From: Coprobacillaceae bacterium
GTDB lineage: Bacteria > Bacillota_I > Bacilli_A > Erysipelotrichales > Coprobacillaceae
NCBI GenBank assembly: GCA_963675515.1
Contig: OY776328.1
Span: forward strand, 150,001-182,000
DNA: 32,000 nucleotides
Direction: 5' to 3'
Position 1 is the first letter of the stretch. Each line of letters starts with the position of its first letter. Positions 9,035 to 16,865 of this stretch are shown here, piece by piece. The notes beneath the pieces were generated by a model. It saw only the letters and a program-made list of their open reading frames with translations, ran no database searches and had not been told where the DNA came from. The position numbers and the translations under genes were made by a program.

Positions 9035-9265
9035 TTATTCACCAACATATGGTAATAAAGCCATTTGACGAGCGCGTTTGATCGCAGTAGCCAATTGTCT
9101 TTGGTATTTAGCTGATGTTCCAGTTACACGTCTAGGAATGATTTTCCCATTAGCTGAAACGAATTTCTTTAATAATTCAACATCTTTGTAATCGATGTAA
9201 GTGATTTTGTTTTTTGTGAAGAAACAAACTTTTCTTCTTCCCATTCTTGGTCTTCTGAATGCCAT
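9035..9265 (-). CDS. rpsR: 30S ribosomal protein S18
   Basis: [35 protein letters not shown]...[32 protein letters not shown] is canonical S18. It follows ssb. Confidence 0.97.
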   Translation of the reverse strand: MAFRRPRMGRRKVCFFTKNKITYIDYKDVELLKKFVSANGKIIPRRVTGTSAKYQRQLATAIKRARQMALLPYVGE

Positions 9266-9283
9266 GAATTGAATCTCCTTTCG

Positions 9284-9796
9284 TTAGAACTCAATATCAT
9301 CTTGCATGATATCGTAAATGTCGTCAGTGTTGTCAAAATCCTGTTCCAATTGGACAGTCTTCATATTGTACTGACTGTTGTCTTGCTGTGTAGTCTGATT
9401 GTAAGATGGTTGTTGCTGATTGACTCCTTGATTGTAATCGAAAGCAGCCGGATTGCTTGTAGGCCTTTGGGTATTGGAATTTCTAGTATCGAGGAACTGC
9501 ACCGAATCGCAGACAACTTCAGTGACATATACTCTTTGTCCCTGATTATTGTCATAGCTTCTTGTTTGCAGACGCCCGGTAACCCCGACCAATGAACCCT
9601 TAGAGCAATATTTCTCGGTGTTTTCGGCCGGTTTGTTCCAAACCACACAGTTGATAAAATCCGCATCAGGACCATTGTCGGTCTTGAAAGTACGGTTTAC
9701 CGCCAAGGTAAAGCTAGTAACAGCCGTACCACTCCCGGTTCTTCTTAACTCAGGATCTCTTGTCATTCTTCCAACTAAAACTACATTGTTAATCAT
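9284..9796 (-). CDS. ssb: Single-stranded DNA-binding protein
   Basis: OB-fold N-terminus [35 protein letters not shown]...[13 protein letters not shown]...[13 protein letters not shown]. Then a Q/N-rich linker and an acidic tail ending DDIEF. Lies between rpsF and rpsR. Confidence 0.95.
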   Translation of the reverse strand: MINNVVLVGRMTRDPELRRTGSGTAVTSFTLAVNRTFKTDNGPDADFINCVVWNKPAENTEKYCSKGSLVGVTGRLQTRSYDNNQGQRVYVTEVVCDSVQFLDTRNSNTQRPTSNPAAFDYNQGVNQQQPSYNQTTQQDNSQYNMKTVQLEQDFDNTDDIYDIMQDDIEF

Positions 9797-9810
9797 TTCT
9801 GTTCTCCTTA

Positions 9811-10092
9811 TTATTTACGAAGAATTAAATGACGCATCATTGAAGCGTTGATTAATGATAAACGGTCGAATTCTTTTACGTTTTCAGCAGGACAAGTAAC
9901 GTTTAAAATTACATAGTATCCTTTTTTGAAATCTTGGATTTCGTAAGCTAAGTCACGTAATCCCCATTCATCAACATTGTCGATTGTTCCACCGTTAACT
10001 TCTAATACTTTTTTGAATTGTTCAACTAAAGCATTTCTAGCGTCGTCTTCAACGTTAGGTTTAACGATAAACATGATTTCGTATTTGTTCAT
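9811..10092 (-). CDS. rpsF: 30S ribosomal protein S6
   Basis: [17 protein letters not shown]...[19 protein letters not shown] is canonical S6. GGAGG SD lies upstream of ATG 10092. Confidence 0.95.
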   Translation of the reverse strand: MNKYEIMFIVKPNVEDDARNALVEQFKKVLEVNGGTIDNVDEWGLRDLAYEIQDFKKGYYVILNVTCPAENVKEFDRLSLINASMMRHLILRK

Positions 10093-10218
10093 TTCTATAC
10101 CTCCTATGGACTATTGGCCTATTTTTTCAATAAGCAGGCTGTAAATTAATTTACATGCTCAAATAACATATCACATCCAACATCAAAAATCAAGCCATTA
10201 TCAAATTAATTTCCACTT

Positions 10219-10857
10219 CTATTTAATATCTTCGATCGTTGTCAGTTTAATATTCTCATAACTTCCCATTACGACATGGACGTCTTCATGGGAAAAAGCT
10301 TCAACCAGTGAAGCATCGTCGGTTGCCTGATAGCCTGCGTCTTTTGCTTTCAGGTAACATTCTTTAATCAAGTCGGTTTTGAACGCCTGGGGTGTCTGGG
10401 CCTGATACAACGTCTGGCGCTCCATGGTTTCGACAACTTTGCCATTTACCACCTTCTTGATTGTATCCTTGACCGGAACCATCAAAAGGCATGCGCCCTT
10501 GTCAACAACAGTATGAAGCAGTTCTTCCAGACAGCCTTTAGGAACATAGGGGCGGGCCCCGTCGTGAATCAGGACATAGTCCTGGCTGATATTTTCTAGG
10601 CCATTTAGCACACTGTCCTGGCGTTCCTTGCCGCCATCCACAAAAACAATCTTGTCACTATGTACCAATTTGCTGAAGATTTCCCGTTCTTCAGGTTTGG
10701 TCACAACGACTATTTGCTTGCATCTATGGTCGTCAAGAAACAGTTCCAATGTCAGCTGATAAACCGTTTTTCCGGAAATTTCATATAGAACCTTATTATA
10801 ACCAAGATCCATCCGCGTTCCCGAACCGGCGCATAAAACAACAACACTGTAATACAT
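10219..10857 (-). CDS. ispD: 2-C-methyl-D-erythritol 4-phosphate cytidylyltransferase (IspD family; a TarI-type ribitol-5-P cytidylyltransferase cannot be excluded)
   Basis: N-terminal nucleotide-binding loop VVVLCAGSGTRMDLGYNKV, then VLIHDGARPY and QTPQAF, which are typical IspD motifs. Confidence 0.75.
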   Translation of the reverse strand: MYYSVVVLCAGSGTRMDLGYNKVLYEISGKTVYQLTLELFLDDHRCKQIVVVTKPEEREIFSKLVHSDKIVFVDGGKERQDSVLNGLENISQDYVLIHDGARPYVPKGCLEELLHTVVDKGACLLMVPVKDTIKKVVNGKVVETMERQTLYQAQTPQAFKTDLIKECYLKAKDAGYQATDDASLVEAFSHEDVHVVMGSYENIKLTTIEDIK

Positions 10858-10950
10858 ATGAATTTACCTCTCCTGTCTATTATATATTATTTTAAAACCT
10901 TTGTAACCATTTTCCAAGAATTTTGTTATAATGTTGTTGAGGTGAAATAA

Positions 10951-11661
10951 ATGCCAAACAAAATAATGAAACGGGAAATCCGATCCGACATCAATTCTTT
11001 CATTCTTTCGGAATCGCTGGCTGATGTATTTGGTGAATATCGGATTCTCGAACAGGTTTATGCGGCTGGACTAAAGGAAGTCCAAACAAAACTGGAAATA
11101 CTGGATGACGAGTTTTCAGTTAAATATGACTATAATCCCATCCACCATATGGAATATCGGCTCAAATCGCCAAAAAGCATTGTCAAAAAGGTCAAGAAAA
11201 AAAACATCGAGATCAATCTTCAGTCGATCGAGGAAAATCTTCTCGACATTGCCGGAATCCGCGTAATCTGCAATTATGAAAAGGATATTTACCGGATTTT
11301 CAATCTTCTGACCAAGCAGAACGACATTGAAATTCTTGAGATCAAAGACTATTTGAAAGACCCCAAACCAAGCGGTTATAGGTCCTTGCATTTGGTCGTA
11401 TCAATCCCGGTTTTTCTGGCCGATTCCTGTCGGAGCGTTCCGGTTGAAATCCAGATTAGGACCGTCGCCATGGATTACTGGGCGAGTCTGGAGCACCACT
11501 TGAAATACAAGAACGAGAACACGATTCCCGATGACGTCAGGGACCGTCTTCTTCGTTGCGCAAACATCATAACCTCCGTCCAAAACGAGATGGAAGCCAT
11601 CCATGACGAGCTCTATCAAACAAACCAACCGAATATCCAAAAAAGCAAAAAACGCCCATAG
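10951..11661 (+). CDS. Small alarmone synthetase, (p)ppGpp synthetase of the RelP/RelQ (YwaC/YjbM) type
   Basis: RelA/SpoT synthetase-domain motifs: DIAGIRVICNYEKDIY, SGYRSLHLVVSIPV, PVEIQIRTVAMDYWASLEHHLKYK. Length 236 aa. Extended -10 TGTTATAAT (10924-10932) and GAGGTG SD. Monocistronic, with its own terminator. Confidence 0.85.
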   Translation: MPNKIMKREIRSDINSFILSESLADVFGEYRILEQVYAAGLKEVQTKLEILDDEFSVKYDYNPIHHMEYRLKSPKSIVKKVKKKNIEINLQSIEENLLDIAGIRVICNYEKDIYRIFNLLTKQNDIEILEIKDYLKDPKPSGYRSLHLVVSIPVFLADSCRSVPVEIQIRTVAMDYWASLEHHLKYKNENTIPDDVRDRLLRCANIITSVQNEMEAIHDELYQTNQPNIQKSKKRP

Positions 11662-11671
11662 GCGTTTTTTT
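11647..11671. terminator. Bidirectional terminator shared by the alarmone synthetase (+) and lysA (-)
   Basis: AAAAACGCC-CATA-GGCGTTTTTT. The hairpin overlaps both stop codons (TAG 11659-11661; TAA complement 11670-11672). Confidence 0.75.
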
Positions 11672-12968
11672 AGTCTACATCATATGCGACCAGATCCGAG
11701 AATGTTTGTCTGCGGACAACCAATTCACTTTTTCCGTTCTCGACAAAAACCACTGCCGGTTTAGGCAACTGATTGTAATTTGAAGACATTGAATAATGGT
11801 AAGCTCCGGTTGAAAAACATGCCAGAATATCCCCTGGTTTTGGATATGCCAGGAGGATGTCCCTGATCAGGATATCTCCCGATTCACAGTTTTTCCCGGC
11901 TACCGTAACTTCTTCCAACGGTTCATCACCGGCACGGTTGGCAACGACCGCACCATACTTGGCCCCATAAAGGCTGGCCCTGATGTTGTCAGTCATCCCG
12001 CCGTCAACCGAGATATACTTGCGGATACCCTGGATGTCCTTGATTGATCCGACAGTGTAAAGTGTTATTCCGGCATTCCCTACCACGAAACGACCCGGTT
12101 CGATCAAAACCATCGGCATCGGCAGTTCGATTTTAGCGAATGAATCGGTCAACACTTTCATGATTGTCTCAGTGATTTTCACAAAATCGACCGGATGGTC
12201 TTCCTTGGTATAGGCAATCCCATACCCACCACCGGTGTTTAATTTTTTCACGTTGACACCCAATTGATCATGGATCTCTTTGGTGATGTCGACGAATTTT
12301 GCCAGTGCCAGTTCATAAGCCTGGATGTCCTCGATTTGGGAACCGATGTGGAAATGGATTCCCTCAAATTCCATATTCGGTGAAGCCAGAATCTGACGGA
12401 TTGCCGTCAGATAAGAGCCATCATGGTTCGAAAACCCGAATTTGGTGTCTTTGGCACCTACACGGATAAAATCATGACCGCCCGCATATACACCCGGCGT
12501 TATTCTCACTGTAGCGAGAATCTTCTTTTGCATTCTTTTGGCAATCTCATTTCCAATTTCAATCTCATAGAAATTGTCAACCACAAAGTGAGTGACATCG
12601 TTTTCCAAGGCATACTCGATTTCACTTGGCAGTTTGTTGTTGCCATGGAAATAGATTTTGTCGGGATCATAGCCGCTCGCCAGGGCGATTGATATTTCTC
12701 CTGCGGAAACGCAATCCAATCCAACCCCGTATTCCTTTGCGAGTTTGTACATTGCCTTGCAAGAAAATGATTTTGAGGCAAACAACGGCAATACATTGTC
12801 ATATTTCTCCAGAAAATCATTTTTAAGGTAGCTAAGCTGCTTGCGGATATGACCTTTCGACATGACATATAATGGCGACCCATATTCCTTTACTAAATCC
12901 AAAGCACTGACCCCGTCAATGTAAAGGGTGTTGTCTTTTACTGTTGCAAATTCGGTTTGAAAAAACAT
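11670..12968 (-). CDS. lysA: Diaminopimelate decarboxylase
   Basis: Fold-III PLP decarboxylase motifs: LFASKSFSCKA (PLP Lys), HFHIGSQ, NTGGGYGIAY, GKNCESGDIL, GAYHYSMSSNYN. AAGGAG SD. Last gene of the dap operon. Confidence 0.92.
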   Translation of the reverse strand: MFFQTEFATVKDNTLYIDGVSALDLVKEYGSPLYVMSKGHIRKQLSYLKNDFLEKYDNVLPLFASKSFSCKAMYKLAKEYGVGLDCVSAGEISIALASGYDPDKIYFHGNNKLPSEIEYALENDVTHFVVDNFYEIEIGNEIAKRMQKKILATVRITPGVYAGGHDFIRVGAKDTKFGFSNHDGSYLTAIRQILASPNMEFEGIHFHIGSQIEDIQAYELALAKFVDITKEIHDQLGVNVKKLNTGGGYGIAYTKEDHPVDFVKITETIMKVLTDSFAKIELPMPMVLIEPGRFVVGNAGITLYTVGSIKDIQGIRKYISVDGGMTDNIRASLYGAKYGAVVANRAGDEPLEEVTVAGKNCESGDILIRDILLAYPKPGDILACFSTGAYHYSMSSNYNQLPKPAVVFVENGKSELVVRRQTFSDLVAYDVD

Positions 12969-12978
12969 CTGATTCTCC

Positions 12979-13725
12979 TTAATATAAAGTTTTCAGGGTG
13001 TAAAGTCCTGCTTCTTTGTCGGCCAATGAAAATGCAGCCGCAATTGATCCCTGGACAAATACGTCCTTGGACAAAGCTGTATGTTTCAATTCGACAATCT
13101 CATCTAATCCGGCAAACATTATCTGATGCTCACCAAAAATTGTGCCCCCACGCATAGCGCTAATGCCAATCTCATTTTTTTCTCTTTTTTGACGTACCTG
13201 TGAACGGTCATAAACCGCTTTTGTTTCCTCAATTTTTTCATGCATCACATCGTAAAGCAAAACCGCAGTTCCGCTTGGTGCGTCAATTTTCTGGTTATGA
13301 TGCTTTTCCAAAATCTCAATGTCGAATCCATTGTCATAGAACTCCTTTGCCACCTGTTTCAAGATCTTGGTGACCATTTGGATTCCAAAGGAAGTGTTGT
13401 ATGATTGGAATATCGCACATGATTCGCTGGCCTTTTCAACCTTTGCCAGCTGTTGTGGTGAGAGTCCCGTAGTCGCCAGCACCAATTTAGTCTTTGTCGC
13501 AACACAGTATTCCAATATATCGTCAAGATTGTTCGGATGGGAGAAATCGATTATCACATCAGCCTTTTCCTGGAATTCTTTTAAGGATGAATATGTTGCA
13601 ACGTTTTCCGGCTTTTTATCGAAGAATGGCGAAACCACCCCAACCAGCTCCATTTTATCATTTCCATTGACCTTGTCGGCAATTTTTTGGCCCATCAGAC
13701 CGTATCCGTAAACTAATGTCCGCAT
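12979..13725 (-). CDS. dapB: 4-hydroxy-tetrahydrodipicolinate reductase
   Basis: VYGYGLMGQKI (Rossmann loop) and EKHHNQKIDAPSGTA (DapB signature). ATG 13725 lies 1 nt after the dapA stop, with AAGGGG SD 8 nt upstream. The track start 13746 would overlap dapA by 20 nt. Confidence 0.92.
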   Translation of the reverse strand: MRTLVYGYGLMGQKIADKVNGNDKMELVGVVSPFFDKKPENVATYSSLKEFQEKADVIIDFSHPNNLDDILEYCVATKTKLVLATTGLSPQQLAKVEKASESCAIFQSYNTSFGIQMVTKILKQVAKEFYDNGFDIEILEKHHNQKIDAPSGTAVLLYDVMHEKIEETKAVYDRSQVRQKREKNEIGISAMRGGTIFGEHQIMFAGLDEIVELKHTALSKDVFVQGSIAAAFSLADKEAGLYTLKTLY

Positions 13726-13726
13726 C

Positions 13727-14620
13727 TTAATACCCCTTGCTTTCAAACACTTCCATCGACCTCACCAATGTCGCCAGTTTGTCCGGGCACGTTTCAATCA
13801 ACGGCAGCCTTACAGTCGGATTCATCAACCCCTTGTAAGCCAATGCGGCCTTGGGCATGATCGGATTGACATCAATGAAAAGGTTTCTTGAAATAGGCTC
13901 CAAATCGTAAGCCAGGCCTCTTGCCTTGTCATATTCGTTATTCAAAATGTATTCGCAAAGCAGCTGGCATTCGCGCGGATATACATTCGACAAGACCGAA
14001 ATGACCCCTTTGGCTCCCGCAGCCATCAAAGGTAGAATGTTGTCATCGCAACCAGAATAAACATCGAACTCATCGTTGCGTGTCGCCGCCAACACCTGCA
14101 TGGCATATGCTATGTCATCAGTCGCATCCTTGATTGCGACAATTTGGGGATGTTTCGCCAGTCTTTTGACTATATCTACACATATATTGACTCCGGTTCT
14201 TCCAGGAACGTTGTATATAATCATCGGCAAATCCGTTTTATCGGCGATTGTCGTGAAATGGCGATACAGACCTTCCTGACTGGTTTTATTGTAGTAAGGA
14301 GTGACCACCAAAATTCCATCAACTCCTGCCTGTTTGCAATACATTGCTTTTTTGACTGCCGTTCTGGTATCGTTCGAACCAGCTCCCGAGATTACTTTTA
14401 CATCATGCCCCTTGGCTTCTTCCATAGTGATATCAATCAACTTGAATTCATCTTCGATATCGATTGTTGCGGTTTCACCGGTTGTTCCATTCACAAGAAG
14501 CGCCTTTACGCCACCTGCGATCATTCTTCTTATGTGTTGCCGAAATCCCTCAAAGTCAATTCCGCCATCTTCATGCATTGGCAGCACTAATGCAACTGCC
14601 GATCCTTCAAATAATGCCAT
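13727..14620 (-). CDS. dapA: 4-hydroxy-tetrahydrodipicolinate synthase
   Basis: VNGTTGETATI, IIYNVPGRTG and VAIKDATDD (Schiff-base Lys). The ATG directly abuts the stop of the upstream ACT gene (TAGATG). GGAGGA SD. Confidence 0.93.
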   Translation of the reverse strand: MALFEGSAVALVLPMHEDGGIDFEGFRQHIRRMIAGGVKALLVNGTTGETATIDIEDEFKLIDITMEEAKGHDVKVISGAGSNDTRTAVKKAMYCKQAGVDGILVVTPYYNKTSQEGLYRHFTTIADKTDLPMIIYNVPGRTGVNICVDIVKRLAKHPQIVAIKDATDDIAYAMQVLAATRNDEFDVYSGCDDNILPLMAAGAKGVISVLSNVYPRECQLLCEYILNNEYDKARGLAYDLEPISRNLFIDVNPIMPKAALAYKGLMNPTVRLPLIETCPDKLATLVRSMEVFESKGY

Positions 14621-15094
14621 CTATTGTTCCTCCACGTTGAATGCTTCTTGAATTTTTTGTATCGCCAGCTGTTTGTTTTCCTTGTCGATCACAAACGATA
14701 CGGTGCGTTTCGAAGTCGATACTTGATAAAAATGAATATTGTTGTCACCTAAGATGCTGAATATTTTCGCAGCCGCCCCTGGCGTGTCTTCCATCGCCCG
14801 GCCTCCGACAGCCATCTTGAAGTATTTCTTAGATAACGCAACCTCGATGTCAGCGAACTCTTCTTTAAGGGACATTATCGCCACGTTAAGCTCCTTTTGG
14901 TAACGGTCATCACAGGTCAGTTCCAAATGCATCAGGTCTTCGTTCATTACCTGGGAAATCATATCCAGATTGACTTTTGCTTCAGCCAGGATTTCAAAAA
15001 TCCGGGCTATGTAACGGGGATGCTTTGGAACATTAACTAATCTGATCTGAATAATGTTGTCTTCAAAACTAAATGAATCAATCACTTTTTCCAT
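14621..15094 (-). CDS. Stand-alone tandem-ACT-domain protein resembling the aspartokinase regulatory (beta) subunit
   Basis: 157 aa counted from ATG 15094, with AAAGGAG SD 6 nt upstream. The 39 extra N-terminal codons in the track run through the riboswitch terminator and are spurious. Two ACT-like halves are seen. The first is RYIARIFEILAEAKVNLDMISQ. The second is PGAAAKIFSILGDNNIHFYQVSTSKRTVSFVIDKENKQLAIQKIQEAF. Both match the pattern of aspartokinase C-terminal ACT domains. Confidence 0.75.
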   Translation of the reverse strand: MEKVIDSFSFEDNIIQIRLVNVPKHPRYIARIFEILAEAKVNLDMISQVMNEDLMHLELTCDDRYQKELNVAIMSLKEEFADIEVALSKKYFKMAVGGRAMEDTPGAAAKIFSILGDNNIHFYQVSTSKRTVSFVIDKENKQLAIQKIQEAFNVEEQ

Positions 15095-15112
15095 AACTTT
15101 TCTCCTTTTATA

Positions 15113-15322
15113 TAAAAAAATGTTGCAATGAGATATCATTGCAACAAAAAACGTCGGCAAACGATAGCTCAACATTACATATGTAATGACAGTCCAGAGG
15201 ATATTATCCAAAGAACCAGGTGATAATTCAATGCGCTAAATTATCCCTTCGGCAAAGTCCCCGCCACTAATAAAAGTTCGCATTTTTCAATACTAGCTTC
15301 ATGAACGTCTGCACCTCTATCT
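15113..15322 (-). promoter_or_regulatory. Lysine riboswitch (L-box / LYS element) with intrinsic terminator expression platform
   Basis: The minus strand reads ATAGAGGTGCAGACGTTCATGAAGCTAGTATTG...GGCGGGGACTTTGCCGAAGGGATAA...GCGCATTGAATTATCACCTGG...CCTCTGGACTGTCATTAC...GAGCTATCG. It carries the conserved L-box blocks (GAGGTGC, AGTA, GGGGA..GCCGAAGG, CATTGAAT, CTGG, CTGTCA). ATAG/CTAT closes P1. GTTGCAATGA-TATC-TCATTGCAAC plus TTTTTTTAT (15113-15145) follows. It sits directly upstream of a dapA-dapB-lysA operon. Confidence 0.88.
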
Positions 15323-15324
15323 AA

Positions 15325-15388
15325 ATTATGTACAATATAACATATCAAATTCAAATTTACAACCTTTTTATATATAAATTATAGCACA
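15325..15388 (-). promoter_or_regulatory. Promoter candidates for the L-box lysine operon
   Basis: Minus strand: TTGAAT (15354-15349), 18 nt, CATAAT (15330-15325). This places the transcription start at the first bases of the riboswitch. A second, perfect extended -10, TGTGCTATAAT (15388-15378), lies about 50 nt further upstream. Confidence 0.45.
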
Positions 15389-15543
15389 GTTGAGACATTT
15401 ATCCACCTTATCTTATACAAATCAAACAAATATATCTAGTAGCTATCTTTACATGTAAACATTTGAGTTATTTTATATTGATATTGGCATGGTTAAAGTG
15501 TATGCTTTTGCTATAACACGATATTTGGTTACAAGGAGCTTAT

Positions 15544-16323
15544 ATGTTTGACTATTCAATCACTATCTGGTTTTTATTTTTCTTTATCTATTGTTTTATG
15601 GGTTGGATATGGGAAACTTTTTATGAATCAATACGGCACGGCCACTACATTAACCGTGGCTTCTTGAACGGACCGTTTATTCCCATCTATGGTTTTGGCG
15701 CTTTGTTTTGTCTTATAATTTACGACATGGTGGCATCCAATATTTACTTGTATTTGTGTGTGTCAATCATATTGGCGACAATAATGGAGCTGGCAACAGG
15801 GCTGACCATGGAAAGAATTTTCAATGTCCGCTATTGGGACTATTCGCATATTCCTTTCAATATAAAGGGCTATATCGCTCCGCAAGTATCTATTTTTTGG
15901 GGTCTTTTGTCTCTTTTGATTCCCCGCTTGCTTCAGCCAAATATTTCCCAGTTTGTTTTACGTTTCAACTATGACATACTTGAAGTCATAACGTATGTCC
16001 TCACGATATATTTCGTTATTGATTTGACCTTGTCAGTTGTCGACGCCCTCAACCTTCGTCATATCCTGATGATACTTGATGAAAACCAGCTGGTAAAAAA
16101 ATATAAGAGCTACACCCAATCGCTGGAGAACAATGTCAATAAGCTATCAAAATTGTCCAAGGACAATTATGAATTCCTGATCAAGAACTTTTACGACATC
16201 GATAATCGCACCAGTTCCCATCGCCGCATCTTGGCCATGTTGAAACGCAATCCGACTGCGGTATCCAAGAAATATTCCCAGGCATTGAAACAGATCCAAA
16301 ATCATCTCAAAAATCGTTTCTGA
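15544..16323 (+). CDS. Membrane protein of the DUF1113 / CmpB-like ('putative ABC-transporter type IV') family with a roughly 95-aa C-terminal soluble extension
   Basis: AAGGAG SD lies 5 nt upstream. The N-terminus FFFIYCFMGWIWETFYESIRHGHYINRGFLNGPFIPIYGFGA and the motif RYWDYSHIPFNIKGYI are characteristic of that family (recognised from memory). A Lys-rich, probably helical tail follows. Confidence 0.7.
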   Translation: MFDYSITIWFLFFFIYCFMGWIWETFYESIRHGHYINRGFLNGPFIPIYGFGALFCLIIYDMVASNIYLYLCVSIILATIMELATGLTMERIFNVRYWDYSHIPFNIKGYIAPQVSIFWGLLSLLIPRLLQPNISQFVLRFNYDILEVITYVLTIYFVIDLTLSVVDALNLRHILMILDENQLVKKYKSYTQSLENNVNKLSKLSKDNYEFLIKNFYDIDNRTSSHRRILAMLKRNPTAVSKKYSQALKQIQNHLKNRF

Positions 16324-16349
16324 TCATATTGATTGGAAACGATTTTTTC
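16310..16349 (+). terminator. Probable intrinsic terminator of the DUF1113 gene
   Basis: AAAATCGTTTC - 15-nt loop - GAAACGATTTT followed by TT. The 11-bp, AT-rich stem spans the TGA stop. Confidence 0.5.
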
Positions 16350-16363
16350 ACATTATTAATTAG

Positions 16364-16414
16364 TTGACAAACCAATTTACATAGCTTACTATATATAATG
16401 CATAGCAGGCTATG
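16364..16414 (+). promoter_or_regulatory. marR-ABC operon promoter with CATAGC repeats (candidate MarR operator)
   Basis: TTGACA (16364-16369), 17 nt, TACTAT (16387-16392). CATAGC occurs at 16380-16385 and 16401-16406. Its complement GCTATG occurs at 16409-16414, giving the palindrome CATAGC-AG-GCTATG between the -10 box and the SD. Confidence 0.5.
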
Positions 16415-16427
16415 TAAGGAGGTAAGT

Positions 16428-16865
16428 ATGTCTGAATACAAAGCTGGATATTTAATCAAACAGATTGCTGAAAAATTTGGATACAAATTGAACAGTGAAT
16501 TGGCTCAATATGATTTGACACTTTCGCAACTGAGGATATTGATAATGATACTTGATGCGTACAACAACAATCGGAATATCGTCCAAAGGGATATTGAAAT
16601 GGAATTGAAACTATCAAATCCGACAGTGACAGGGATAATCAAAAGGCTCGAGCTAAAAAATCACGTAATCAAGAAGTCGTGCAAAAATGACAAAAGAGCC
16701 AATTATCTTCTGCCGACAGCAAAGTCGATTGAACTTGACAAAATAATTCCACAAATATTCGACAACAGCAATGAGCATTTGCTTAGCTGCCTGTCCAAAG
16801 AAGAACAGGACAATCTGCATGACTACCTGAATCGCATGCTTACAAATTTGGAGGAAAACTTATGA
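16428..16865 (+). CDS. MarR-family transcriptional regulator
   Basis: AGGAGG lies 6 nt upstream of ATG 16428; the track start 16398 lies in the promoter. Winged-HTH core LTLSQLRILIMIL...QRDIEMELKLSNPTVTGIIKRLELKNHVIK...DKRANYL. The stop overlaps the next start (ATGA). Confidence 0.85.
   Translation: MSEYKAGYLIKQIAEKFGYKLNSELAQYDLTLSQLRILIMILDAYNNNRNIVQRDIEMELKLSNPTVTGIIKRLELKNHVIKKSCKNDKRANYLLPTAKSIELDKIIPQIFDNSNEHLLSCLSKEEQDNLHDYLNRMLTNLEENL

Noticed and set aside
11197-11204. An A8 homopolymer inside the alarmone synthetase gene, as a possible slippage or phase-variation tract.
   Set aside because: It encodes part of a Lys-rich segment (KKVKKKNIE) in frame. Tracts of this length are common in low-GC coding DNA. 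There is no evidence of a frameshifted copy.
10951-11661. Whether the small alarmone synthetase is a toxSAS toxin of a toxin-antitoxin pair.
   Set aside because: It is monocistronic with its own promoter and terminator. No adjacent small antitoxin ORF exists. It aligns along its length with housekeeping RelP/RelQ (YwaC/YjbM) motifs.
15095-15211. The 39-codon N-terminal extension of the ACT protein in track ORF 14621..15211.
   Set aside because: It reads through the riboswitch terminator hairpin and part of the aptamer. A strong AAAGGAG SD precedes the internal ATG at 15094.
15399-15407. A DnaA-box-like 9-mer TTATCCACC (8 of 9 matches to TTATCCACA) in an AT-rich intergenic region, as a possible oriC or DnaA-regulated site.
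   Set aside because: It is a single imperfect box with no cluster, no adjacent AT-rich unwinding repeats and no dnaA/dnaN nearby.
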